NCBI GenBank assembly: GCA_030611315.1
Contig: JAUWPZ010000001.1
Location: 8,640 to 72,639 of the forward strand
Length of the DNA stretch: 64,000 bases
Reading direction: 5' to 3'
Source of the DNA: Sedimentisphaerales bacterium
GTDB lineage: Bacteria; Planctomycetota; Phycisphaerae; Sedimentisphaerales; Anaerobacaceae
This document shows, piece after piece, positions 24,552 to 33,505 of the stretch. Each line of letters starts with the position of its first letter. Positions within the stretch are counted from its first letter, which is position 1. The position numbers and the translations under genes were made by a program. The notes beneath the pieces are model-generated. The model was given only the letters and a program-made list of their open reading frames with translations, did no database searches and was not told the origin of the DNA.

Positions 24552-24583
24552 TTTAGTTTACTCTTCAAACTCTGCGCGTATTA

Positions 24584-24627
24584 CGTGTCTCGTGGTTCGT
24601 GGTTCGTGGTTCGATTCACGAGATACG
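24584..24627. repeat. Hairpin whose loop is (GTGGTTC)x3
   Basis: An 11-bp stem (CGTGTCTCGTG with CACGAGATACG, including one G-T pair) encloses the heptamer repeats at 24592-24612. It lies between the DUF1844 gene stop and the trpC start. Confidence 0.75.
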
Positions 24628-24638
24628 CGTAACGATTT

Positions 24639-25028
24639 CTATCCCGCGATATCGACATAGCCCATACGAAGCTCACCAAGAGTTTTTTCGAGGACACCTT
24701 CCTCTTCTTTTGTCAAATTGCCCCTGGTCTTTTCCTGGAGAGCCTCGAGCATATCGATGTTGTATTTTGCCAGCATCAAATCCGGCTCTTTCTTTTCCTG
24801 CCCCTTTACCTGCAGCAGACCTAAAGAAAATAACGCCTGCGTCGCGAGCATGCTTATCAGCGCGGCAAAATCACCCTTCGGCAAAGGCCCGCGGGGCTTA
24901 CTCTCCTCCTGTTTCTCGGCTTTCTCGGCCTTTTCCTGCTCGGCCAAAATCTCCTTTTCCCGCTGAGCCTCTTCCTTCCAGTCCTTGTCGATTATTATTT
25001 TTTTCTCTTCTTTTTCTTCATCAGCCAT
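24639..25028 (-). CDS. DUF1844 domain protein
   Basis: It has an acidic Lys/Glu N-terminus, then GDFAALISMLATQALFSLGL and KTRGNLTKEE...LRMGYV, as recalled for DUF1844. Confidence 0.65.
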   Translation of the reverse strand: MADEEKEEKKIIIDKDWKEEAQREKEILAEQEKAEKAEKQEESKPRGPLPKGDFAALISMLATQALFSLGLLQVKGQEKKEPDLMLAKYNIDMLEALQEKTRGNLTKEEEGVLEKTLGELRMGYVDIAG

Positions 25029-25060
25029 AATTCACAAACCTCACAATTTCTGTTTTTCTT

Positions 25061-25543
25061 TCATTTGCGATACTTTTTCATACTCCTGTCGACATCCCGT
25101 TTCCGCTGGCGCTCGGCAATCGTTTGTCGCTTGTCGTACTGTCTCTTGCCCCTGGCCAGGGCCAGCTCTATCTTTGCCAGGCCTCTGTCATTGAAATAAA
25201 TCCGCAGCGGCACAAACGTAAAGCCCCGCTGTTCGAGCCTGGTCCTTATCCTGTGAATTTCCTGCTTGTGCAGCAGCAGTTTTCTCTTTCTGGTCGGCTC
25301 GTGATTATATATGCCGCCCTGCTGGTACTGGGCGATTGTGGCGCCGACGAGCCAGCACTGCTCATTATCGACCCTCGCGTACGAGCCGTCAAGGTCTGCC
25401 TGAGAGGCCCGCAGCGATTTGACCTCCGTGCCCCGCAGTGCAAGCCCGGCCTCGAACCTCTCGACAAGCTCGAAGTTTCTGTAAGCCTTCTTATTGACCG
25501 CCACAGAGCCGCCTTTTTTGTCCTTTTTTGATTTCGCTGCCAT
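25061..25543 (-). CDS. smpB: SsrA-binding protein
   Basis: It has NKKAYRNFELVERFEAGLALRGTEVKSLR. The ATG is at 25543. Confidence 0.92.
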   Translation of the reverse strand: MAAKSKKDKKGGSVAVNKKAYRNFELVERFEAGLALRGTEVKSLRASQADLDGSYARVDNEQCWLVGATIAQYQQGGIYNHEPTRKRKLLLHKQEIHRIRTRLEQRGFTFVPLRIYFNDRGLAKIELALARGKRQYDKRQTIAERQRKRDVDRSMKKYRK

Positions 25544-25630
25544 TTGCGCTATGATAGCCGCAGAAGAAGAACTTTGCAAGTGCACAGCGACAAAGAAGTC
25601 TTTGGCCTGTTATATCGAAATATCCAAATC

Positions 25631-27301
25631 CTACCTGCTGCCCTTGCCGGCAGGTTTTTTCTTTTGTTTCTTTTTCTGCAGCTCGTCCCACGGCGTAACA
25701 AAACTGCGCTTCGCCCACGCGCGGTAAAGGGCAGTCAGCTCTTCGACAACCTCCGGATGCTCGGCGGCTGCGTTTTTTGTCTCTGTGCGGTCGGCCTCCA
25801 TATCGTACAGCTCCCAACCGCCGGGGTATTTTGAGACCAGTTTCCACTTACCTCTGCGCACGGCCCGATTGCCCTCGTGCTCCCAGTAAATCGCCTCGTG
25901 GCCCGGCCTCTCCCGACCCTCGAATATCGGCAGCAGGCTCCTGCCCTCAAGGGCGATTATCTCTTTGCCTTTGAAAGCCTTCGGATAAGCGGCGGCGCCA
26001 ATATCACAGCAGGTAGCCATAATGTCGATAACGTGGCCCGGCTGGCTGGTCAGCCCTCCTCGCTTTTTGATGACCGCAGGCCAGTGGGCGATAAGGGGCG
26101 TAGCTATTCCGCCTTCGTGCACCCAGTGCTTGTACAGCCGAAACGGCGTGTTCGAGGCATTGGCCCAGGAAAGACCATAACTGGAAAAAGAATCGTCCGT
26201 CCCAATCCTGCCCTTTGTCCGGTCGAAGCCCCATATTCCACCCTCGGCGCAGCCGCCGTTGTCGGCCAAAAACAGAATCAGAGTATTCTCAAAGACCCCA
26301 AGCTCCTTGAGCTTTTCGACGAGTCGGCCGATGCCCTGGTCCACGCGGTCTATCTGGGCGGCATAAATGGCCATCTTCGTATCCATCAATTCCTTTTTGT
26401 CCTGCTCGACCTGGTCCCACGCCTGGGCCTTTTCGTCGCGGGCGGTTATAGGCCAGCCCTTTCTCACGATACCCATCTTTATCATTCGGGCATGCCGCTC
26501 GGCACGCATCGCATCCCAGCCCTTCATATATTTACCCTTGTACTTGGCAATATCCTGCTCCAGCGCCTGCAGGGGCCAATGCGGTGCGTTATGGGCGAGA
26601 TAGAAGAAGAAGGGTTCTTTTCTTTGCACGGCTTCTTCGATAAACCTGATTCCATAATCCGTCCACGCGTCCGTACTGTGCCATCCCTCGGGCATCGGTC
26701 CGCTCTGTCGCGTGTGGACTGCTTCGTTGTCCAGCACAACCGACCGGCCCGCCGTGGGCCTGAAGTAGAATCCGCCGCCTTCAGGCACGCCATAGAACCG
26801 GTCAAAGCCGCGCTGCAAAGGCCACCAGTTCGTATCCTTCGCTCCCACGTGCCACTTGCCCGTGGCGAACGTGCAGTAGCCGGCCGGCTTTAGCGCCTCG
26901 GCGATAGTAACGCAGTTCTTATTCAAATGCCCTATATAACCCGGCACGCCATAGTCGGAAGTCATGTGTCCAATGCCCGCCTGGTGCGAGTATAAGCCGG
27001 TCAGCAGGGACGCCCGTGTCGGACAGCAGCGGGCCGTGTTGTAAAACTGCGTAAAGCGCAGCCCATTTGCAGCCAACCGGTCCAGGTTGGGCGTGCGAAT
27101 CTCGCCGCCATAACAGCCGATATCCGAGTACCCCATATCATCACACATAATAACGATGATGTTGGGCTTGCCCGCAGATACTTTGGTTCGCCCCGGTGTC
27201 CCGGCGTTTGTGCACCCCGGAATCGAAAACACCGTCGCACAAAAACCGACCGCCTTCAAAAAATCTCGTCTATTAATGTTTTCCTTCACAATGTTCTCCA
27301 T
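25631..27301 (-). CDS. Arylsulfatase-family protein (Cys-type, Tat signal)
   Basis: It has an RRDFLKAVG Tat motif, the ARCCPTRASLLTG formylglycine motif, and a Lys-rich C-terminal tail. Confidence 0.9.
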   Translation of the reverse strand: MENIVKENINRRDFLKAVGFCATVFSIPGCTNAGTPGRTKVSAGKPNIIVIMCDDMGYSDIGCYGGEIRTPNLDRLAANGLRFTQFYNTARCCPTRASLLTGLYSHQAGIGHMTSDYGVPGYIGHLNKNCVTIAEALKPAGYCTFATGKWHVGAKDTNWWPLQRGFDRFYGVPEGGGFYFRPTAGRSVVLDNEAVHTRQSGPMPEGWHSTDAWTDYGIRFIEEAVQRKEPFFFYLAHNAPHWPLQALEQDIAKYKGKYMKGWDAMRAERHARMIKMGIVRKGWPITARDEKAQAWDQVEQDKKELMDTKMAIYAAQIDRVDQGIGRLVEKLKELGVFENTLILFLADNGGCAEGGIWGFDRTKGRIGTDDSFSSYGLSWANASNTPFRLYKHWVHEGGIATPLIAHWPAVIKKRGGLTSQPGHVIDIMATCCDIGAAAYPKAFKGKEIIALEGRSLLPIFEGRERPGHEAIYWEHEGNRAVRRGKWKLVSKYPGGWELYDMEADRTETKNAAAEHPEVVEELTALYRAWAKRSFVTPWDELQKKKQKKKPAGKGSR

Positions 27302-27307
27302 ATCGTA

Positions 27308-29032
27308 TCACTTATTCTTCTTTTTGGGTCTTTTTACAGGCCAGGGCTGGACGCCGACTCTTTTGGCCCAGCTTTCCCACAGAGTCTTCAACTGGGCGAC
27401 TTTTTGCGGATGCTTGTCGGCGAGGTTATTCAACTCGGTCCGGTCGGCATCGAGGTCATACAGCTCCCACTGGCCCGGATGCCTTGAAACCAGCTTCCAG
27501 TTGTCTTTTCGCACGGCCCGGTTGCCTTCGTGCTCCCAGTATATCGCTTCGCGCTCAATCGGTTTGTTATCAAAGGCCGGCGCCAGGCTCCTGCCTTCCA
27601 TCGGGTATATCTTGTTGCCCTTGTATTCAGCCGGATAATTCGCACCGGATAAATCCACGCACGTCGCCATGATATCGATAAGGTGTCCGGGCTGCGCGCG
27701 AAGCTCGCCCTGGGCCTTTATGCCCCCCGGCCAGTGAGCTACCAAAGGCGTGGATATACCTCCTTCGTGGACCCAGTGCTTGTACAGCCTGAACGGCGTA
27801 TTGGAGGCGTTCGCCCAGGCTTTGCCGTAGGCGATATACGTATCGGCCGGGCCGGGCATTACTCCATAGCCCGTCCGCACGGGCCGACCGTCGCGCGTCA
27901 CCGCCGGCTGCATCCTCGTCTGCAGCTCGTCCCTGCCCATCGGCTTGAGGACGACAGGCCTGGATGGGTCGGGCTTGACCGCTCCGCGGCTGCCGTATTC
28001 CTCCGCGCAGCCGCCGTTGTCGGCCAAGAAGAAAACCAGCGTGTTATCGAATTTCCCCGTCCGCTTTAACGCCCGGACGATGCGCCCGACGCCCTGGTCC
28101 ATACAATCGACCATCGCCGCATATACTTCCATCCGCCGCTCGAACCATTCCTTGTCCTTGGCCTCTTCCCACGGCGCAACTGCCTCATCGCGAGGCGTAA
28201 TCTTCCACTTACTATCGACAATCCCCATCTCAATCATCCGCTTGTGCCGCTCGGCGCGAAGGGCGTCCCAGCCACCTGCATAACGCCCTTTATACCTGGC
28301 GATATCCTGCGGCTTGGCGTGCATAGGCCAGTGCGGCGAGGTGTAGGCAACATACATAAAGAACGGATTTTCTCCTTTATGCTCGCTGATGAACTTCGAA
28401 GCGTTATCACTGATAGCGTCGGTATAGTAGAAGTCCTTGCTGCCGGGGACTATTTGCGTGTTGTCGCGTGTCAGGGTATTCGGGTCGTAGAAGCTCCCTG
28501 CCCCGTGAATCGTGCCGAAGAAACGGTCGAATCCGCGCTGACGAGGCCAGTTGTGCTTGTCGCCATCGGGCTTGGTGGATTTGGTCACATGCCACTTGCC
28601 GCTCATATACGTCGAATAACCCGCTGTCTTGAGGGCCTCCGCGATAGTAACACAGCGATTACTCAGCTCGCCTCGATAGCCGTCATAGCCGTAGTCGCCC
28701 ATCATGTGTCCGACGCCGGCCTGGTGCTGGTAGAGACCGCTCATCAGCGACGCCCTTGTCGGGCAGCAGCGGGCGGTGTTGTAGAACTGCGTAAAGCGCA
28801 GGCCCCCGGCGGCAAGCTCGTTGAGGTTCGGCGTGTTGATTTCACCGCCGTAACAACCTATATCGGAAAATCCCATATCGTCGGCCATCATTACGATTAT
28901 GTTCGGCCGCTTGCGCTTGGCCGTGGAGGTCTGAGAAGCGCTAATACAACCCGGCATCGCCAAAGTCGCCGCCCCAATGCCCATGGTCTTCAAAAAATCA
29001 CGGCGTGTGTAACTAATTGCATTCATATCCAT
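27308..29032 (-). CDS. Arylsulfatase-family protein (Cys-type, Tat signal), paralog
   Basis: It has RRDFLKTMG and ARCCPTRASLMSG motifs. It lies 6 nt upstream of the second sulfatase. Confidence 0.9.
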   Translation of the reverse strand: MDMNAISYTRRDFLKTMGIGAATLAMPGCISASQTSTAKRKRPNIIVMMADDMGFSDIGCYGGEINTPNLNELAAGGLRFTQFYNTARCCPTRASLMSGLYQHQAGVGHMMGDYGYDGYRGELSNRCVTIAEALKTAGYSTYMSGKWHVTKSTKPDGDKHNWPRQRGFDRFFGTIHGAGSFYDPNTLTRDNTQIVPGSKDFYYTDAISDNASKFISEHKGENPFFMYVAYTSPHWPMHAKPQDIARYKGRYAGGWDALRAERHKRMIEMGIVDSKWKITPRDEAVAPWEEAKDKEWFERRMEVYAAMVDCMDQGVGRIVRALKRTGKFDNTLVFFLADNGGCAEEYGSRGAVKPDPSRPVVLKPMGRDELQTRMQPAVTRDGRPVRTGYGVMPGPADTYIAYGKAWANASNTPFRLYKHWVHEGGISTPLVAHWPGGIKAQGELRAQPGHLIDIMATCVDLSGANYPAEYKGNKIYPMEGRSLAPAFDNKPIEREAIYWEHEGNRAVRKDNWKLVSRHPGQWELYDLDADRTELNNLADKHPQKVAQLKTLWESWAKRVGVQPWPVKRPKKKNK

Positions 29033-29041
29033 TTTCTCCTT

Positions 29042-29145
29042 GTATAGTGCTCACGATTGAAATTTCTCGTTTGTTCGCGGGCAAGTAACCTTAAAACAAT
29101 AATTTACAATCCTAATCGCGGGAATTTATTACCCTTAAGGGTATA
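29042..29145 (-). repeat. Intergenic repeat family, copy C (104 nt, minimal)
   Basis: The reverse complement reads TACCCTTAAGGGTAATAAATTCCCGCGATTAGGATTGTAAATTATTGTTTTAAGGTTACTTGCCCGCGAACAAACGAGAAATTTCAATCGTGAGCACTATACA. Its 3' end abuts the AAGGAGA RBS of the sulfatase gene. Confidence 0.8.
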
Positions 29146-29173
29146 AAATAATCAAACGCCCCAACTAACTTTC

Positions 29174-29524
29174 TCAACCAGCTCCTCTGTGGAGCAGCAA
29201 CTGATGAAATATAGCGGCGATAAGCCAGACTGCGAAACTCGCGCAAAGCACTATCTTAAGCGGCAACTGCCTGCGAAAGCATAAATAGGCCGCGAGAAAA
29301 AACAAAACACTCGGCACAATGCCCCACAAGGCGCCCCTAGTGTAATCGGTCATCAGCTTGACATCGCCCGGATTATCCAGATACAGCCAGATAAGCACGA
29401 GAAGGCCCGTCAACGGCATCACTGCAATCAGGCCGGCTAACGTCGGCATTTTTTGCCTGCCCGCCAACCAACTGCAAAAAGCAATAACGCACAGGCTTAT
29501 CAATAACTTGATAACAAATCGCAT
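29174..29524 (-). CDS. Small 4-TM membrane protein (DUF3147-like?)
   Basis: A hydrophobic ~116-aa product starts at ATG 29524. The family call is tentative. Confidence 0.5.
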   Translation of the reverse strand: MRFVIKLLISLCVIAFCSWLAGRQKMPTLAGLIAVMPLTGLLVLIWLYLDNPGDVKLMTDYTRGALWGIVPSVLFFLAAYLCFRRQLPLKIVLCASFAVWLIAAIFHQLLLHRGAG

Positions 29525-29635
29525 AACAACACTGAAATTTACATCACCACACAGACGGAACAAAGAGAACCAAAAAAATACAGGCACCTCCTGCGCCGTC
29601 CCTTTGTCATCCCAAGCGCAGCCGAGGGTTCTCTT

Positions 29636-30067
29636 TTACTTGATAAACCTGATACTGACGGGATAACGATAAGGCTCTCCCTTATTGGCCTTGACGGTAG
29701 CGAGGACGCAAAAGACTATGTTCCCAATCACAACCGCCATCAGCATGAAAAATCCGATGCACACCATAGTCAAAATCGCAGAGACGAACAACGCAATACA
29801 AACGGTAATCTGGAAATTCAGGGCCTCTTTGCCGTGCTCATCGACAAACGGGTCTTCGTCCTTCTTTATCAACCAGATAATCAAAGGCGCAAGAAAACCG
29901 GTAAAAATCGCCAAAAGATGGCACAGCATCGCCCACATTCGGGCATCCTTGCTGACCTCCCGGCTTTCTTGAGCACTTTCGACCTGTTCGGCATCAGCAG
30001 CCTGTTCCGCCTGGCTGCCGCTGGAACTTTCTTCTGCTTCTTGTGAGGCTTGTTCTTCTTCTACCAT
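29636..30067 (-). CDS. DUF4870-like membrane protein with acidic N-terminal tail
   Basis: The core reads ARMWAMLCHL...LIIWLIKKDEDPFVDEHGKEALNFQI...ANKGEPYRYPVSIRF. A ~40-aa Glu/Gln/Ser/Ala tail precedes it. Confidence 0.7.
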   Translation of the reverse strand: MVEEEQASQEAEESSSGSQAEQAADAEQVESAQESREVSKDARMWAMLCHLLAIFTGFLAPLIIWLIKKDEDPFVDEHGKEALNFQITVCIALFVSAILTMVCIGFFMLMAVVIGNIVFCVLATVKANKGEPYRYPVSIRFIK

Positions 30068-30211
30068 AGTACAACTCCTTTCTATTGGGGCCTCAAAACG
30101 CCCTTTATTTTCTCACGTGGCCGCTTAACTTATATTCGACCCGACAAATCGGTTCTGACCTTCTGTAAAGGCCGCTCAAAGCAACCCTCTTTGGTCAAAC
30201 CGAGAAAATTT

Positions 30212-30715
30212 TCACTTAAAAAACCGGATACATAACGGATAGCGATAATGCTCGCCGTTGTTGGCCTTGAACGCCGCTATCAGCAAAAATACCAGGTTGA
30301 AAATCACCACCACCGGCAGCAGGACTGCGCCGATACACGTCAAGCACAGCACTAATGAGTAAATCCCAATGGAAATCTGAAAGTTGACCGCCTCCCTGCC
30401 CTGCTCATCGGCGAACGGAAATTGATCTTTCTTTATCTGCCAGATAATCAACGGCGCAATAATGCTCCCGACGACAGGGATTACAGGTAGTAAGCCGGCA
30501 AGTCCGCCAAGATGACAGAACATAGCCCACTGACGAGCGTCACTGCCGGACTCTGTCGATTTAGCAGCAGCCGTCTTTTTAGCTTTTACAGGCTTTTCAG
30601 CAGCGACGGCCTTCTTGGATTTACTTGCGGTCTTTTTCGTCTTTTTGACGGCCTTCTTCGCCTTTTTTACAGCCTTTTTTGTTGCCTTTTCAGCGGCCTT
30701 CTTTTTCTTCGCCAT
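30212..30715 (-). CDS. DUF4870-like membrane protein with Lys/Ala-rich (histone H1-like) N-terminal tail
   Basis: The core reads ARQWAMFCHL...LIIWQIKKDQFPFADEQGREAVNFQI...ANNGEHYRYPLCIRF. A ~60-aa AKKA-type tail precedes it. The ATG is at 30715. Confidence 0.7.
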   Translation of the reverse strand: MAKKKKAAEKATKKAVKKAKKAVKKTKKTASKSKKAVAAEKPVKAKKTAAAKSTESGSDARQWAMFCHLGGLAGLLPVIPVVGSIIAPLIIWQIKKDQFPFADEQGREAVNFQISIGIYSLVLCLTCIGAVLLPVVVIFNLVFLLIAAFKANNGEHYRYPLCIRFFK

Positions 30716-30777
30716 ACTCCGACTCCCTATGATTATTTTATATTGACTGAGCAAACAGCCTTCTTTGCAACAACCCT

Positions 30778-31413
30778 CTACAAATCTCCGAGATAAGATT
30801 TGACATGTTCATCGTTTAGAAATATAAGGCTCAATACGCCGGCAACTATACTCACCCAGGCTGCTAATGTAACTATTGCAACAATTTCCAAAATAGGAAT
30901 AACACGCAAAGTTAACGGGCGTTTAGGCTTTTCCCTCAATAAGTTAATTCCTGAGACAATCTCAACAACGCCGAAAGGAATCAGGACGAGAGGAAAAACA
31001 AGCCAATAAAGCAAAAATCCGGCCAATACGTTGCAAACGCCGGAGCCTAATCGCATGCCGCCAATCACGATAAGTTTACCAGGTTTGGGAATTGCCGTCT
31101 CGGTCTGCTCAAGGATTTCGACCTGCTCGGCGGCTTCGCCCTGTTGTGTCAGGTCGCCGCTGCCGGCTTTTTTCACCTTTCGCCGGGTGTGCTTCTTCAC
31201 GGTTTTGGGCCGTTGTGCTCGGGCATCGGGGCCGTCCTTTGTCGCCTTTCGCTGGGTGCGCTTCTTCGCAGTTTTGGGCCGTTGTGCTCGGTCATCACTA
31301 CCGGCTTTTTTCGCCTTTCGCCGAGTTCGCTTCTTCGCGGTTTCCTGCTGATGCGCTCGGTCATCGCTGTCGGCTTTTTTCGCTCTTTGCTGGGTTTGCT
31401 TGGCCTTCGCCAC
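30778..31413 (-). CDS. Membrane protein with tandem-repeat basic N-terminal tail
   Basis: There are about three 23-aa repeats (KKAGSDDRAQRPKTAKKRTQRKA) followed by ~4 hydrophobic helices. It starts at a GTG. The underlying ~69-nt DNA repeats lie at ~31150-31400. Confidence 0.6.
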   Translation of the reverse strand: MAKAKQTQQRAKKADSDDRAHQQETAKKRTRRKAKKAGSDDRAQRPKTAKKRTQRKATKDGPDARAQRPKTVKKHTRRKVKKAGSGDLTQQGEAAEQVEILEQTETAIPKPGKLIVIGGMRLGSGVCNVLAGFLLYWLVFPLVLIPFGVVEIVSGINLLREKPKRPLTLRVIPILEIVAIVTLAAWVSIVAGVLSLIFLNDEHVKSYLGDL

Positions 31414-31537
31414 AGTCTAATTCCCTTCAACAAGGCTACTGTTGACCCGATAAACCAGTTGTTCTTTTAACAAAGGCTCCCCGAACCGTCAAGGGTAAAA
31501 AATCCCATCAAGTAACCCCTTTTTCCCTTTCGGCTGC

Positions 31538-33505
31538 TCAGGGACGCCGACCGGCGCCGCTGACATCTATCGGCTTTATGCCGAGCTTTCCCACTGGCGA
31601 CCCGGCGCCGAATATAACCCTGCCCTTGTCGAACTCGACAAGGAGCGGGTCGGCAAACAAGTTCCCATTCTCCGGCTCCAGTTGATACGAGCCCTTCCGG
31701 TTGTAACGCTCCAGTTTATTGCATTGAATTCTGCCCTCTGCGCTGAACAGGATGTTGTTCTTAAGCGTCCTGATACCTTCTGGATTGTCCAGTACGATTT
31801 TGCCCTTCGCGTAAACAACGTTTTTCTCGAAGACGTAGCCGGAGGACATGGGGAACGTGAACCTCGCATCTTCGTCGCTGACAAAAACATTGTTGCGGAT
31901 GATATTGTTCTTGGCCATGTGGTTGTGCGAAGGCCTGACAACGCCGAACGACAGATTGCCCTCGACCAGACAGCCCTCGGACCGCTCGTCAAGGTAGTAA
32001 GCCGAGGCGCCATAGCCGCCGGTGTCGATAATGTCACGAATGAAATTGCCCCGCAGGACAAGGCCCTTGCCCGCAAAGCAATAGATGCCGCCGCCGTCGT
32101 GCAGCTCCTGCATCGCGTGATATATCAGGTTGCTCTCGATTCGGTTGTTCTCCCCGCCGCAGTTTACCGCTGTGTAGGGCGTCTCGTGTATCTCGTTATG
32201 GATTATCCTGCAATCCCTGCCGCCGCCCTGCATCGCTATTGCACTCGGATAGGTAAGCCCGATATCGTGGATGTGGTTATCGCTGACAACGGCTGCTGTC
32301 CCGCTGCACCTGATGCCGCAGGCGCCGGTGTGGTGAACGTGGCACCTTTCGATTCGCAGCCGCGTTCCCGATGCCTTGATGCCCTGGCCCCCAACGTTGA
32401 CTATCTCCAGTCCGACAAATCGGCAGTCCTGGGCGGAACTGACCGACAACGCCCCGGCGAACTTTCCAGCGCCGAAGCCGCCGGCCTTGAGCGGTGTGGT
32501 CGTTACCGAAAGCGTCAGGCCGCGAATCGTTATATTTTCAGCCGGCTTGCCCCGCGAGCCCTCTATCCGAATTATCGTCTCGATGGTCGGGGCAAAAGCA
32601 ACTGCCCTGCTCATGTCTTCGGCGTCCAAAGGCTGGTAAACCAGCTTGCCGGCAGTGCGGTCGAGATACCACTGCCCCGGCTCGGTCATCCCCTCGCGAA
32701 CATTCCAGATGACGTACTTCTTGACGCCGAACGCACCCGGCGGATGACCGGTCTGGCCGGCAAAGGTCAGCGTCCGGGATTCCGTGTCCATCGCGGAAAG
32801 CCCAACCATCGACTCGTCCCACATATGATAAACGGTTATCTCGACGTTATTGATGTCGAGCCAGGGCCCGATGTCCTCGGAGCGGTATTTCAATGTTGTC
32901 AGCTCTTCGCCGGTCGGTTTGCGCTTCCACCCGCCGCCCGTACTGGTCATCCAGGGCACATCGAAGCTGCTAAGGTGTGCGAATGTGCCTTCTTTTGGCA
33001 GCCTGGCACGCCGGCAAAACCGCCCGTTCACCACCAGAGCGCGGAAGTCCCACTTCTTCTCCCTGACCTCGGGCAGGGCGATTGAGTAAAACTTCCCGCC
33101 GTCTTTTTTCCAGCCGCCGATTTTCCTGCCGCCGTAGAGAACAACCTTCGCCCCCGGGGCCGATTCGATGGTCAAGCCGGAATCTTTATCGCTGAGCACA
33201 AGCGGTTCGTCGAAGAAATACTGCCCGGCCCGAACCACGACCTTACGCGGCCGTTTCGTACCAAGCTGCCTCGCCGCCCGGCAGGCGGCATCGAGAGTAG
33301 CGAAAGGGCCGTCCGTCCCCTGAGCGTTGGCCCCGGATAATCGGCCCGACCAGGAATCGCTGCCGTTTGGCCCAACAAAGAAAATCTCCGCCTCGGCGGA
33401 ACTCAACGCGTGGGTCTGGCGAGCCCCAAAGCCCGCTAAAGCAATCAGCAAAAGCCCGCCTGCGCCCCAAAAAACCCGGCTTCTCGACGTTTCGGCTTTT
33501 CGCAT
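31538..33505 (-). CDS. Right-handed parallel beta-helix repeat protein (secreted)
   Basis: Repeated N.I.N/G..I.. turns are visible (NHIHDIG, IIHNEIHET, IESNLIYHA, LRGNFIRD). A signal peptide follows ATG 33505, which has an AAGGAG RBS. Confidence 0.7.
   Translation of the reverse strand: MRKAETSRSRVFWGAGGLLLIALAGFGARQTHALSSAEAEIFFVGPNGSDSWSGRLSGANAQGTDGPFATLDAACRAARQLGTKRPRKVVVRAGQYFFDEPLVLSDKDSGLTIESAPGAKVVLYGGRKIGGWKKDGGKFYSIALPEVREKKWDFRALVVNGRFCRRARLPKEGTFAHLSSFDVPWMTSTGGGWKRKPTGEELTTLKYRSEDIGPWLDINNVEITVYHMWDESMVGLSAMDTESRTLTFAGQTGHPPGAFGVKKYVIWNVREGMTEPGQWYLDRTAGKLVYQPLDAEDMSRAVAFAPTIETIIRIEGSRGKPAENITIRGLTLSVTTTPLKAGGFGAGKFAGALSVSSAQDCRFVGLEIVNVGGQGIKASGTRLRIERCHVHHTGACGIRCSGTAAVVSDNHIHDIGLTYPSAIAMQGGGRDCRIIHNEIHETPYTAVNCGGENNRIESNLIYHAMQELHDGGGIYCFAGKGLVLRGNFIRDIIDTGGYGASAYYLDERSEGCLVEGNLSFGVVRPSHNHMAKNNIIRNNVFVSDEDARFTFPMSSGYVFEKNVVYAKGKIVLDNPEGIRTLKNNILFSAEGRIQCNKLERYNRKGSYQLEPENGNLFADPLLVEFDKGRVIFGAGSPVGKLGIKPIDVSGAGRRP

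Noticed and set aside
25544-25630. tmRNA (ssrA) next to smpB
   Set aside because: The gap is only 87 nt, and neither flank contains a tRNA-Ala-like acceptor/T-arm or a tag-peptide reading frame.
25877-26893. 338-aa plus-strand ORF (and 28244-29047, 267 aa)
   Set aside because: Both are antisense shadows of the two sulfatase genes, with Arg/Pro-rich junk-like sequence.
31682-33085. 467-aa plus-strand ORF
   Set aside because: It is antisense to the beta-helix protein gene. The minus-strand frame has a signal peptide, an RBS and the repeat architecture, whereas this frame has none of these.
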